A program made the translations under genes and the position numbers. 64,000 nucleotides of DNA from a virus (taxonomy: Duplodnaviria > Caudoviricetes): the IMG/VR virus record IMGVR_UViG_3300037067_015039, positions 45,213 to 109,212 of that record; one strand, written 5' to 3'. The notes below the pieces were generated by a model, which worked only from the letters and a program-made list of their open reading frames with translations, ran no database searches and had not been told where the DNA came from. Shown piece after piece: positions 38,749 to 48,619 of the stretch (the stretch's first letter is position 1; every line of letters starts with the position of its first letter).

Positions 38749-39943
38749 GTTGGCTTCTCCCAAAGTCGTGTTGATAAGTTCCCGCCAGCACGGAGTTAAT
38801 TCGGCCAAGATCTTTAGCCAGCCATACCGGCGACATATAATGCCTGTTTGTATAATGCGTTGTTGATCCAAGAGTGCGAACGAATTCAGCCCATTTCTCT
38901 TCCGGGCCTATTCCGTTCTCTCTTCCCATTTCATTAAACACTTCGACCAATTCTGTTACTTTTGAATATTCTTTTACAACCGCTGTCGGAAGTGGTCCTC
39001 TATTTTCTTCCCAAATTTCAAAGAGTCTGATTTTTGTAAGGGGGGTAGGGGGGATCCTTCCTTCTTCTGTTTTTCTTTCTTTTGTTTCCCCTTCTTTAAT
39101 ACCTTCTTCTGTCTGTGCTACATTGACCGCTACATTGACCGCTACACTCCCCGCTACACTCCCCGCTACAAGTTCACTTTTTTGTGCTTGATAATCATCG
39201 TATTTACATATAGTTACAATCGACCCTGCCGCTACAAGCCCCGCTACATTGACCGCTACATTGACCGCTACACTCCCCGCTACATAAATTCCGTTCTTGA
39301 AATAGATTGTCTTAATGTCCACCATCCCTTCATTTTCAAGCTTTTGCAGCCAATAATGCATCATTCTTGGTGATTGATCGTATTCAATTGCGAGGTCACG
39401 TTCTGAAATAATATATTGACCTCTTTGAAGCATTATTTTGGTTTTTTTCCATTCAACTTCATGCTCTTTCCAGGCAGCGTCGAGGCATAATTGAATGAAT
39501 AAAAGTTTTACCCAGGCTGGCTTTTTTTTAAACCAAGGGTGATGACGGATGGATCTGTAGAGGAAAATAAAATTGTTTTTTCCGTTAGTGGCGAAGGGAG
39601 TCTCAGATTGAGGCTCCCCCGGTTTTTCGCCTTCTTCTTCGCGTAATGGAGTCTTTGCAGACGAGTCAGTTCCTTTTTTATCACTTCCCGATGAAGGTTT
39701 CAAGCAGGAATAAAGAAACTCGTAGCCAGCACGTTTTTTAAACGTGGCCTCAAGCGCCTCTATAATTACATCAGGATCTCTGCCAGCTTTTTCCCATGCC
39801 TCGTCTGCTATTGCATGCAGATCAGGATCATCATTTTTATGCTTGAATAATCTTGATTTGAGAGCTTTTTTTAGTAAATCGCTGACATCCCGAGACCCTT
39901 TAGGGATTAAACTCCCCACAAGGCTATTCCAAGTTTCTCCCAT
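38525..39943 (-). CDS. phage replication initiator (lambda O/DnaD-like)
   Basis: FIFLYRSI..HPW...LQRGQ...SERDLA...VTICKYDDYQ; internal iterons; lies upstream of the loader and DnaB. Confidence 0.8.
   Translation of the reverse strand: MGETWNSLVGSLIPKGSRDVSDLLKKALKSRLFKHKNDDPDLHAIADEAWEKAGRDPDVIIEALEATFKKRAGYEFLYSCLKPSSGSDKKGTDSSAKTPLREEEGEKPGEPQSETPFATNGKNNFIFLYRSIRHHPWFKKKPAWVKLLFIQLCLDAAWKEHEVEWKKTKIMLQRGQYIISERDLAIEYDQSPRMMHYWLQKLENEGMVDIKTIYFKNGIYVAGSVAVNVAVNVAGLVAAGSIVTICKYDDYQAQKSELVAGSVAGSVAVNVAVNVAQTEEGIKEGETKERKTEEGRIPPTPLTKIRLFEIWEENRGPLPTAVVKEYSKVTELVEVFNEMGRENGIGPEEKWAEFVRTLGSTTHYTNRHYMSPVWLAKDLGRINSVLAGTYQHDFGRSQHDERTEARKRKNRGGSGEYPGKDGKELGGTSGTSFAITPAKMRKVSGRGSDLEPGKDQVPGLLVPGIPESGKSD
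39117..39284. repeat. 12-bp iterons, putative replication origin
   Basis: Two blocks of five gctaca-based units (gctacattgacc/gctacactcccc) next to a pyrimidine-rich tract. Confidence 0.8.
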
Positions 39944-39949
39944 AAAACC

Positions 39950-40195
39950 CTACTTGTGAATACGATCGGTATATTCGTCTTTGCGCCGATGACAATCCGC
40001 ACAAAGACCTTGAGCGTTTGGGCGCTCATCCCCTCCTAATTGAGACCTTTTCCGTTTATGGTCCCGGGTCAGAGGCATTATTCGACCACAGTCGAGGCAA
40101 TGACCATCCTGAGAATCAAAAATATCCTCACGTTGAGCAGTATAATCACGCTTCGATAGTTTGACCCGCTTGACCTTCCAATTTGGTTCCGGCAT
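39950..40195 (-). CDS. small HNH endonuclease
   Basis: CLDCG...RDH..KRSQLGGD...N.QGLCADCHRRK. Confidence 0.8.
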   Translation of the reverse strand: MPEPNWKVKRVKLSKRDYTAQREDIFDSQDGHCLDCGRIMPLTRDHKRKRSQLGGDERPNAQGLCADCHRRKDEYTDRIHK

Positions 40196-40958
40196 TCCTC
40201 CCTGCCTCCACCCACGTTGCCAGTTGAGATATTAGCCGATCATAAATGTGGGCCTGGTTTCTGTCTATCTGTTCATAGCACCTTTGGATTACACCCATTA
40301 AAAAGGAGTTTCTGTTCTGTAATCGGCCGGCGCCATCATCCCTATATCCGGAAAGAAATTCCCGAAAGATCATGCATATTGCTTCGGTTTTCTTTTCAAT
40401 GCCGGTTTCCATCTGGACCACTCTCAGAGCTTCGGTGAAGTCAAAATATTGGCTGCCGACAAAAGAAAGCATTTCGACAATGACTTCTTCTTGAGGATCT
40501 CTTTGCGCAGTAACGCCTTCCGTGATTGCAGATTTCACCCGCCGATGGAAAGTATCCCTGTCTTCTTCCAGAGCATGCGCAAAATAATTATTTGGGATTA
40601 CGCCGAAATGATTGTGGATTTTAACCAGGTCCCGGCATTTTGTAGGACCAATTTCACTTAAAACCTTATGATCGCAGTATCCAAGAGTCTGACCAATTCG
40701 AATCAGATCGTAATAATATTGCCTTGAGTGCGAGAATGTAGCCTCAACATATTGGCTTTCATCTTCGAACCCACGAATCTTCCAATATCGATTCCGATGA
40801 GCTTCAAGCAGATTTAAGCAGAGAAGCATCATATTTTTCTCTACCGTCTGTTCTGCCTTGGCTTTCCATTCGAGAAGGCGATCAATTTCTTGAAGAACCT
40901 GATTGGCTCTGACTGGATCTATTACTTCTACCAGGGATTGTTCTTGGGCTTCTTCCAT
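40146..40958 (-). CDS. hypothetical protein
   Basis: Long ORF in the replication operon. Confidence 0.65.
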   Translation of the reverse strand: MEEAQEQSLVEVIDPVRANQVLQEIDRLLEWKAKAEQTVEKNMMLLCLNLLEAHRNRYWKIRGFEDESQYVEATFSHSRQYYYDLIRIGQTLGYCDHKVLSEIGPTKCRDLVKIHNHFGVIPNNYFAHALEEDRDTFHRRVKSAITEGVTAQRDPQEEVIVEMLSFVGSQYFDFTEALRVVQMETGIEKKTEAICMIFREFLSGYRDDGAGRLQNRNSFLMGVIQRCYEQIDRNQAHIYDRLISQLATWVEAGRNAGTKLEGQAGQTIEA

Positions 40959-41290
40959 CGGGCGGTATCCCTTCCAGTAATTGTTCTAAACTTGGCAATG
41001 ATAGCTTCTTTTGAAGCACATATTTTTCATAAGCCTTGGCTTCACTCAGAAATCCGAAAACCGGATCTCCTACTTTCCCCCGGCTGCGCCAACTGATTAT
41101 GTGGAGCCGGGCAATTTCGCAATTTATTCCCACCATATCGCACAATACTTTAAACCATTGCTCTCCAAAAAGAACCCTTTTGGCATCCATGCGAAGCTTG
41201 GCAGGGGTTTCTTTACAGAGATAATCTTTCTCTGCCCTTCTTACTATGTCGATCAGAATCCGGACCCTATGCGGAGTATCCAGATCAAGA

Positions 41291-41818
41291 TCAAAAGGGA
41301 ATGTCGTCGTCTGTGATAATTGGTCTTCCTGCTTTATCGAAGAGTTCGTCTGGTGTCCGAGTATCGGGTTTGATAGGAGAAGACTCTTTCGGGTATCTGT
41401 AGCCACCGGGATCGGCTGGCTGTGAATCGTATTGGCTTGGCGCTCCACCTTCATTTGCTGGTTGGGCATCTTGTGACGGCCTTGCTCCGCCAGGGGCGGT
41501 GATTTCTCTTACGACAATCTCCGTGGCTGTTTTTTCGGATCCATCCCTTCCGGTATATTTCCGTACTTGGATTTCCCCTTGCACCACAATAAACTGACCT
41601 TTTTTAAGATACTGATAACAGAATTCCGCCACTCTGTCAAAGCAAACGCAATTGATCCATGTCGTACTCTCTTTTGTTTCTCCTTCAGCATTTGCATAAT
41701 TCCTGTTCACCGCAATGCTGAATGTTGCTCGGGATTTCTTCCCGGGCGCCGCCGCGCTCCCTTCCGGATCCCGGCCAAGGTGTCCTGTACCAAACCATCT
41801 ATTCTGATCGTTTGCCAT
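41291..41818 (-). CDS. ssb: single-stranded DNA-binding protein
   Basis: GHLGRDPE, FSIAVNR, YLKKGQ.I.VQGEI, C-terminal DDDIPF. Confidence 0.95.
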   Translation of the reverse strand: MANDQNRWFGTGHLGRDPEGSAAAPGKKSRATFSIAVNRNYANAEGETKESTTWINCVCFDRVAEFCYQYLKKGQFIVVQGEIQVRKYTGRDGSEKTATEIVVREITAPGGARPSQDAQPANEGGAPSQYDSQPADPGGYRYPKESSPIKPDTRTPDELFDKAGRPIITDDDIPF

Positions 41819-41827
41819 TTTTATCTC

Positions 41828-44008
41828 CTATAGAATTTCCACAGTTCCATTTACAATATTAATCCTGCTATCGGCAAGATCCTTTAGCCTATCCTGGTGT
41901 GCAATAAAATACACTTTCAGGAAATGACCAATCTCTCGGGCGCGGCGAAGCATTTGGACATACCGCGGTGCGTTTTCATCATCTAAGGGGCCGGTAGTTT
42001 CATCCCGGAAAAGAGTCTGCCAAGCAATCCCCGATTTCATTTTATTGAAAATAGCAATTGCAAGGCTTACAGATTCAGCAATGACGACTTGTTCGCCTCC
42101 TGAATATCCATCAATGCTTCCTTCCCGGCCTTTCTCGGAATCGATAACGATAATATCAAACTCGTCTTTATAGCTCACCCCATCATCTTTAAGCATTTGC
42201 GTAACAAATTTGATACTAAATCTTGGGCCAAAACAGGAGAACAAAAGATCATTGGCAATCCCGCTTACCGTGGGGCCAGCAGCGTCTATCTCGAGTGATT
42301 GAATCCCATTTGGACCAAAGGCTTCAATAAGGAGATTCCAATCCTTTTGATCTGCCTCAAGATCGGCAATTGCTACTTTAACCGGGATTAATTTTTTCTG
42401 ATTATCTTCGATAGTTTTTTTGAGAGATTCCGCTTGGGTTATTTCTCTATTAATTCGGCTGATGTCGGATTCCAGTTTGCTTTTAGAGGACTTGGCAGTA
42501 TCAAGATCCAATTGAACTTTAGTGAGTTCTCTCTGCGCCGTCGTCACCATTGCCCCTTCAGCCCTAGCGGCCGTTATAGCTGTTTCCGCCTGGCGCAAAC
42601 CTTCTTCTGCTGCGATTATCTGTTCTTTTATTTCTTCCAGTTTGGCTTTTGCCTGTTCAATTTGTCCGGCATCCGCAGTTATATTTTCGAGGGCTTTAAT
42701 CCTTTCATCAATAATGGATATGTTACCTTCCAATTCCCTGATTGGGGCATCGTAATTAGTCAGAGCTTCGATGTTTGGTTTAGGAATAAGCTTTTGGTCA
42801 TCCTGAATCTTAAGCATGGCTTGTCTTATATTAAGAGAATCCACATTCAATTTATCAAGATTTTCTTTCGCTTCGATGGCGCGAATAAGGAACTGGCAGT
42901 TTGCGAAATCGCCTTCCGCTTTGCATGGAACCTCATCGATAGTGGAGGCAGCTATTTGGGAATCGGCAATTGATTTATCGCAAAGCTTTTTATTGCCTTG
43001 ATGCTTTAACCATTGCTCCCGAAGAGTATTTACTTGCTTATCGTATTCCTCTTTCTGTAATTGCAATTCACGGCGCTGGACTGTGGCTTGAGTTAAAATT
43101 TTTCTAACCTGCTGTTGCTCTGCGCGTTTATCCTCAAATTCCTTTGCAGCCGTCGCTACTTTGTCTTGATTTTCGAGGAGTATATTATTTGCTTTCAACC
43201 TTGATTTCAGGACCGCAAGTTTATCTGTAAACCCGGTTGACTTTGCAGTTTCTTGTAAAATCCGATCTTGAATAGGTTTTTGATTAGCTACTTTAGTTTT
43301 AAGTATTCCAAGCAGCTCCAAAAGTCTGGTCATTTCTTTATCGAAATTGAGGTACGAAGCTTCATAAGCAGTCAAACATTCCTTTAATTGATTAATATCG
43401 GGAATGTCCCTTTTCATTTGATCTTCGATCGCGCTGGCCTCAGCCCTCTTGGTTGCGAGTTCATTGCTGCATTTCTTATATTCCTTGCGGAATTCCTCTG
43501 TAACAACTTGGAGGAGAGCCAGGTTGAGCATTTCAATGAATAGGGATTTACGATCGATCTTGGCTAATTTAATAAAACTGCCTCGCTTATTTTGAGACGC
43601 AAAAGAACTTGCTAAGATCATGCTGGCATTGCCAAAAAGCTTTTCTGCCACGGCATCAAAATCTTTTGTCTTTCCTGTAATTCCTGGAAGTGGATTGTGT
43701 TGGCCATCATAAAGGAAGGCTTCCATCTTCGAATAAACCGAGTCAATATTCACTACCGCTTCATAAGGCTGATTGTGCCAATCGAATTTAAAATCGACCA
43801 TAGCATCCCGGCCGACGCAGAATTCGTAAACGGCCGGCCTCGATGGGAACATCCGGTAAAGGGAGAGGTATATTGATTCCATAAGGGACGTTTTCCCCTG
43901 CCCATTCTTCCCGGTAATGGCAATTAGATTCCCAGGTATTGCCTTGAAATCCACACAAACATCTTTGAGGACAGTGACGCCCCGGACTTTTAATTCAACT
44001 GGTATCAT
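41828..44008 (-). CDS. SbcC/Rad50-like SMC ATPase
   Basis: GKNGQGKT, Q-loop, coiled coil with central Cys residues, YSGGE, LFRDE, IAH. Confidence 0.9.
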   Translation of the reverse strand: MIPVELKVRGVTVLKDVCVDFKAIPGNLIAITGKNGQGKTSLMESIYLSLYRMFPSRPAVYEFCVGRDAMVDFKFDWHNQPYEAVVNIDSVYSKMEAFLYDGQHNPLPGITGKTKDFDAVAEKLFGNASMILASSFASQNKRGSFIKLAKIDRKSLFIEMLNLALLQVVTEEFRKEYKKCSNELATKRAEASAIEDQMKRDIPDINQLKECLTAYEASYLNFDKEMTRLLELLGILKTKVANQKPIQDRILQETAKSTGFTDKLAVLKSRLKANNILLENQDKVATAAKEFEDKRAEQQQVRKILTQATVQRRELQLQKEEYDKQVNTLREQWLKHQGNKKLCDKSIADSQIAASTIDEVPCKAEGDFANCQFLIRAIEAKENLDKLNVDSLNIRQAMLKIQDDQKLIPKPNIEALTNYDAPIRELEGNISIIDERIKALENITADAGQIEQAKAKLEEIKEQIIAAEEGLRQAETAITAARAEGAMVTTAQRELTKVQLDLDTAKSSKSKLESDISRINREITQAESLKKTIEDNQKKLIPVKVAIADLEADQKDWNLLIEAFGPNGIQSLEIDAAGPTVSGIANDLLFSCFGPRFSIKFVTQMLKDDGVSYKDEFDIIVIDSEKGREGSIDGYSGGEQVVIAESVSLAIAIFNKMKSGIAWQTLFRDETTGPLDDENAPRYVQMLRRAREIGHFLKVYFIAHQDRLKDLADSRINIVNGTVEIL

Positions 44009-44286
44009 AGTTCTCTCCTTGTAACCTTCCCATTATCTTCCGGATACCAGAAGACAAAATCCGGGCCTATTGATTCTTGGATTCGTTCTATATCTTTCAT
44101 GAAAAAGCCATTCCTTAATCCGATCAGTCTGGCATATCCCCATACAACAACTTTGTCTCCGTCTTCTTCGTAATATCCCCCCGACCTCCCACAATCACAG
44201 AACCGTCGATCCGGTTTACCATCACGAAAACTACGGAGCTTTATAACGTCATGGCATTTTTGGCAGAATATGAGTTTCATCGGCAC
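44005..44286 (-). CDS. Zn-binding hypothetical protein
   Basis: MKLIFCQKCHDVIKL...CDCG.SGG.Y. Confidence 0.65.
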   Translation of the reverse strand: MPMKLIFCQKCHDVIKLRSFRDGKPDRRFCDCGRSGGYYEEDGDKVVVWGYARLIGLRNGFFMKDIERIQESIGPDFVFWYPEDNGKVTRREL

Positions 44287-45425
44287 CTTTGCTCAATAAT
44301 TGACAATTTGTTTTTCATTCTAATAACTGTGGCTTCATCAGGAAGCTTATTTGTGGCCTTCCAGAAGACATCAAGCTTCTCCTCGAGGGATTCAGCTTTA
44401 GAGATCTCAACAGAACGGACCAATTCTTTGGGCCTCACCTGTGGATCGATTTTTACTTCAAGGGCGCCAGCCTCTAGGAGAATCTTTTCAAGTTCTTCCT
44501 TGGCATGAGCGAGGTTGGCTCCCTCTTCAATTTGCAAAAGAGCACGGACCCGGGCACCTTTGGCCCTGGTTTTCATTTCCCCGTATTGCTCTGGAGTCAT
44601 TGATAGTTGGAGTGGCCAAATGCATTCGATGCTGAACCTGTCCACAGTCTGAAGTTTATACCATTCCGTGCAGCCGGTCATAGTATCGAGAATAGCGCAG
44701 AATTTATCTGGATTTTCCCCATAATCCATGGCGGCCGGAGATCCAGGATAGAAGAACCTGTTTGTCGCATCGAGGTTTTGACCAAGATGAATATGTCCGA
44801 AAATGCCGGCATAAAGTCCAGATTCAGTGAGATCGTATTGCCCGAAGCTTATTCCTTCTCCTATGAGAGGCTGATGATTCTGAGCCAAAGCTCCCTCAAC
44901 CAGGAGATGACTTATCAGGATATTTTTGACGTTCGGATTTTTGGCCTTTTCAAGAATCACATTGTTTTTCACATACTGCAAAGCCATTTGGGAAACAGTT
45001 TTGTCTCCCTCTTCTTTAGACGCCCCAATGTGATGAGACTGCCACGTGGCTTTCGTAAACCAGGGCAAAAGGTGGAATGTTATTTGTTCGAATTGCGGAT
45101 CTTGTGGAGGCCAATGGATATAAGGCTTATCCACTAATATTATCCCGTTTTTAAGATCAAGATGGCCAAAGATATTGAGATCGCCAGGCTGATCATGATT
45201 TCCTGTGCAGGCGACCACCGGAGCGACGGTACACATCTCCTGTATAAGCATTCGCAAGAGATTGCGACCGTCTGCCGCGCTTTTATGGTCAAAGAAATCC
45301 CCCGGGAGGGCGATATAATCAACTTTCTGCTCCCGGAAAATTTTCACAATTTGTAGAACTGAGGCTTCGATATCGGCGTCCATACCGTCACCAATATGCC
45401 AGTCTGCTGTTGAACCAATCCTCAT
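44277..45425 (-). CDS. SbcD/Mre11-like metallophosphoesterase nuclease
   Basis: ADWHIG, GDFFD, GNHD, GHIH, YPGS. Confidence 0.92.
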   Translation of the reverse strand: MRIGSTADWHIGDGMDADIEASVLQIVKIFREQKVDYIALPGDFFDHKSAADGRNLLRMLIQEMCTVAPVVACTGNHDQPGDLNIFGHLDLKNGIILVDKPYIHWPPQDPQFEQITFHLLPWFTKATWQSHHIGASKEEGDKTVSQMALQYVKNNVILEKAKNPNVKNILISHLLVEGALAQNHQPLIGEGISFGQYDLTESGLYAGIFGHIHLGQNLDATNRFFYPGSPAAMDYGENPDKFCAILDTMTGCTEWYKLQTVDRFSIECIWPLQLSMTPEQYGEMKTRAKGARVRALLQIEEGANLAHAKEELEKILLEAGALEVKIDPQVRPKELVRSVEISKAESLEEKLDVFWKATNKLPDEATVIRMKNKLSIIEQRCR

Positions 45426-45796
45426 AATTTTCTTGCCTCTGCGAATTGTTCATCGGTGAGAAATTGCCTAAATGTCAATGATGGATAAGCATCGGCAATT
45501 TCAAGAAAAGTCGTATACCTGCGTTGTGATTTTGTTCTTGCGGGGCGTCTAGGTCTATTGATAATTGCCCACTCCCTACCAGTTTTAGTAACGGAAAACA
45601 AACGGTCTTTACTATCGAAACATTTGGGAGTTGGAAATTCCTCCATCATCCCCATAGCTACTAACTCTAATATTTCAGGCATATCAGAATGGCCGTCACC
45701 TGCAACGAAGTGATTTCTGTAAGGCTCAACAATATCATCCCTATCCAGTCCAAGAGCATGTAAAACTATGTGTAATTTGTTATCCGAACTGCCCAT
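45422..45796 (-). CDS. conserved phage hypothetical protein
   Basis: HALGL...YRNHFVAG...RY..FL; coupled start/stop. Confidence 0.6.
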   Translation of the reverse strand: MGSSDNKLHIVLHALGLDRDDIVEPYRNHFVAGDGHSDMPEILELVAMGMMEEFPTPKCFDSKDRLFSVTKTGREWAIINRPRRPARTKSQRRYTTFLEIADAYPSLTFRQFLTDEQFAEARKL

Positions 45797-46114
45797 TATT
45801 CCCCTCTTTATATACTAACTTCCTAATTGTTCTTCTTTTTTGCGGCGCATTTGCTCTCAACTATGCCCACTCTTTCCAATAATAATAATGCGAAGTTACG
45901 CGCTTGAGCCGGTGAAAAAATGATATGTCCAACTCCGTTTTCATCTGGATGAAGATCAGGATGGTTGATGACAATCTCACCATTTTCGTTATGTCCGACT
46001 TCCAAAACTCCTTCAAGTTTATCAACCATTTTATCCTCCAGGTTAGTTTCTTTTTTCCCATTGGCGCACAACTGTCCTTACTTTATCGGACGCCATATAA
46101 GACTCTAAAAAATA

Positions 46115-47155
46115 TTACTGAATATCAGGAAGATTGGAGAAAGCATCTTCGATGGCTTGCAATTCACCATCATTAAGCTCTGAGAGTCCAGGGCGCCCAG
46201 GAGACAATTCCTCTCGGGGTTTGCCTTTTTTAGAAAGGTAGAGCTTGGCGATTCTCTCAACTTGAGCATCACGCTGTTTCCAATATTCTCTCTCTGCTAT
46301 TTCATCGGGTTCCAATTCATCAAGTGGGACCGTGTTTGCAGGTGGAAGCGCAACTGGAGGCATCGGCTCCGGCAGTTGAGGATTTTGCGCGGCTTCAATG
46401 GCGCTGGCAGTATCGGCCTCCAGCTTCATGACTTTAAACAATTCGTTCTCAATGCCCATCTGCTTTGCAGCCATGATGGTAAGCAATTTGTTTTTAATGG
46501 CGGGATCGATCGCATCAATATTGAACGCCATGCGTAAAACTACGAAAGGCTTATCCAGTTCCTCTGGATAATAGCTGGTTTGGACTCCGAGAAGTCCTCG
46601 AAGAACACGCAGTTTAGCCTTCGTCATTGTCTGCTGTTCGATATTTTGGCGTAGTTTTGCTAATTGATCCGGATGGCTTATCATTCCCAAAACCTGGGGG
46701 GAATCTTCGCGGAGATCATAACCAAATCCATCACTCTGAGACCGGATTTGACCATCGATGTCACGAATATAACCCGTTGCCTGATACCGGCATACGTGGG
46801 AATCTTTCCCATCATCCACTCGATGAATTGTTGAGGATCCAGTTTTAGGATCTTCCCAGGAAACGCCGGCAAGTTGTTCCAGGCGCCATAATCCAATCTT
46901 TGTCAGACCAACTTTCCTGGTTCCTTTGATCGGATAAAGTTCCTGGTCTACATATTCTCCCTTGTCGTTTTGTTTTCTACTGATCGTGTAGGAATGAATA
47001 AAAACATTCCATCCCTGCGGAAGATAAGGAACAGCAGATCGACAAAAAGGAGTTAAGATGTGGGCTCTATCCCGGGCTGCCATGAGTTCTTGTTGAACTG
47101 TTTCTAGATCGTGGGTGACAATACTGCGGAGTGCTAAAGACTGATTTACTGCCAT
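46115..47155 (-). CDS. hypothetical protein, candidate single-strand annealing recombinase
   Basis: First gene of the SbcD-SbcC-SSB operon; function inferred from context only. Confidence 0.5.
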   Translation of the reverse strand: MAVNQSLALRSIVTHDLETVQQELMAARDRAHILTPFCRSAVPYLPQGWNVFIHSYTISRKQNDKGEYVDQELYPIKGTRKVGLTKIGLWRLEQLAGVSWEDPKTGSSTIHRVDDGKDSHVCRYQATGYIRDIDGQIRSQSDGFGYDLREDSPQVLGMISHPDQLAKLRQNIEQQTMTKAKLRVLRGLLGVQTSYYPEELDKPFVVLRMAFNIDAIDPAIKNKLLTIMAAKQMGIENELFKVMKLEADTASAIEAAQNPQLPEPMPPVALPPANTVPLDELEPDEIAEREYWKQRDAQVERIAKLYLSKKGKPREELSPGRPGLSELNDGELQAIEDAFSNLPDIQ

Positions 47156-47226
47156 AATACCCTCCAATTGAATGCTTCTATTATTCTCCAGGGACTTCCA
47201 TAATCTCCAGAGGGCTTTGATGAGTC

Positions 47227-47256
47227 ACTATAGATTTTTAGTTATGATAATGTCAA
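47227..47256 (-). promoter_or_regulatory. sigma70-like promoter for the recombination/replication operon
   Basis: TTGACA-18-TATAGT on the minus strand. Confidence 0.6.
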
Positions 47257-47259
47257 TGC

Positions 47260-47304
47260 AAAAAAATGCCGCTCTCCGGATTCGGGCGAGGACCAGAGAG
47301 CGGC
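47260..47304 (-). terminator. intrinsic terminator
   Basis: gccgctctc/gagagcggc stem followed by a U run on the minus strand. Confidence 0.55.
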
Positions 47305-47366
47305 TCTACGGGTTCAATGAAACACAAAGAAATAATTATAACCCAATCATAACTTATGGCACAAAT

Positions 47367-47410
47367 AAAAAAGCCCGTTCAATCACATTCTGGTAAGATT
47401 GAACGGGCTT
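47367..47410 (-). terminator. intrinsic terminator ending the late/lysis transcript
   Basis: aagcccgttcaatc/gattgaacgggctt stem plus U run on the minus strand. Confidence 0.75.
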
Positions 47411-47431
47411 CCCCGAAACGAACCACTATTA

Positions 47432-47758
47432 TTACAGTGGTTCGACTGGTTCGGTCTGAACTGGATTATCGACATCTGAAATCTGAGAGGCTACTTGCGC
47501 CAACGATGCCACTCGAACTTTCAGAGCGTTCATCGCCTCAAGTACTTCCGCTGGAGTCTCAGTGCTCTGAGCTTTAATTCTTTCGATATCGGCCTGAATT
47601 TCGGTCAGCTCCGTTCCGATGGTGTCCAAACCGGCGTTTACTGTGGTTTTAAATTCATTAAAATCTTCCGTTAATCCCATAAGGCGCTCCTTAATTTCGT
47701 TAATTTCAGAAGATATTTTACCAGAAAATATCTCAATAAGATTCTTAAAAAATTTCAT
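47432..47758 (-). CDS. coiled-coil hypothetical protein
   Basis: Last gene of the lysis block. Confidence 0.6.
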   Translation of the reverse strand: MKFFKNLIEIFSGKISSEINEIKERLMGLTEDFNEFKTTVNAGLDTIGTELTEIQADIERIKAQSTETPAEVLEAMNALKVRVASLAQVASQISDVDNPVQTEPVEPL

Positions 47759-47798
47759 ATTTCAATCCACGCTCCCAGATAGGGAGGCGATATAAAAT

Positions 47799-48401
47799 CT
47801 ACTTCGTATTAAATGAACGGAGGGTACTTTCGATGGTTTTATCTCCGCACCCGCTTTGAGCTTTATAAAAATAATGTGTCCTGGGAGCCAATCCGGAAAT
47901 TACGGCCAAGTGATCTGTCGTTCCAAGATTATTCGCCTTCACCGCGAACAATCGAGCCGGCTCGGTCCCATAAAGTACCGTGCCACTGCAATCAACCGTT
48001 GTCACCCAAACGATTGTGGCTGTCGTTGCGGTCACAGAAGAAACTGACAGTTGGGTAATGTCTGGTCCGGAATTTATGACTAAATTAACCGATTGGGTGC
48101 CGGATTGAATCGTTGCGGCCACTTCATTTGAGAAGTCGCTCTCCTCGCCAGCGTCATTTGTTGCGGTAACAGCGAAATAATAGGCTCCGGGAGCCAGCCC
48201 GGTTACTGTGTAAGTGGTTTGATTGGGGATCGTGATTGGTCCGCTATAAGTGCGAGGGGCCTGACCTACATAAACTTTGTAGCCAGAAACGTCGGGGGAT
48301 GCACTGGGGTCCCAGGCCAGTGAAACCTCGGCGCAGAAAGCCATGGGAAGTAAGCAGGACAACAAAATAAGGGCGATCAAACTTCTCATGGCTTTATGCA
48401 T
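47799..48401 (-). CDS. secreted fibronectin type III domain protein
   Basis: Signal peptide; VSLAWDP...GYKVY.G...YTVTGLAPG.YYFAVTA...ES.FSNEV; second Fn3-like domain. Confidence 0.8.
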   Translation of the reverse strand: MHKAMRSLIALILLSCLLPMAFCAEVSLAWDPSASPDVSGYKVYVGQAPRTYSGPITIPNQTTYTVTGLAPGAYYFAVTATNDAGEESDFSNEVAATIQSGTQSVNLVINSGPDITQLSVSSVTATTATIVWVTTVDCSGTVLYGTEPARLFAVKANNLGTTDHLAVISGLAPRTHYFYKAQSGCGDKTIESTLRSFNTK

Positions 48402-48619
48402 ATTACGCTCCCGGATGATCTTTATGCCATTGTTCAATCTCTGCGAGATTTTCGGCAAAGGCATCGCCAGCTTGCATCTGGAAATCTCCGATTGTCATAT
48501 TCGGATCGGCATCTTTGAGCATGTTAATTATTTTCAAGATGCCCGGTAATGCTGTGCTGGCAAAATTGAGGACATCCAGCGTCATTTGCATCGAGTCTTT
48601 CGGTTGTCCGATTGTCATA

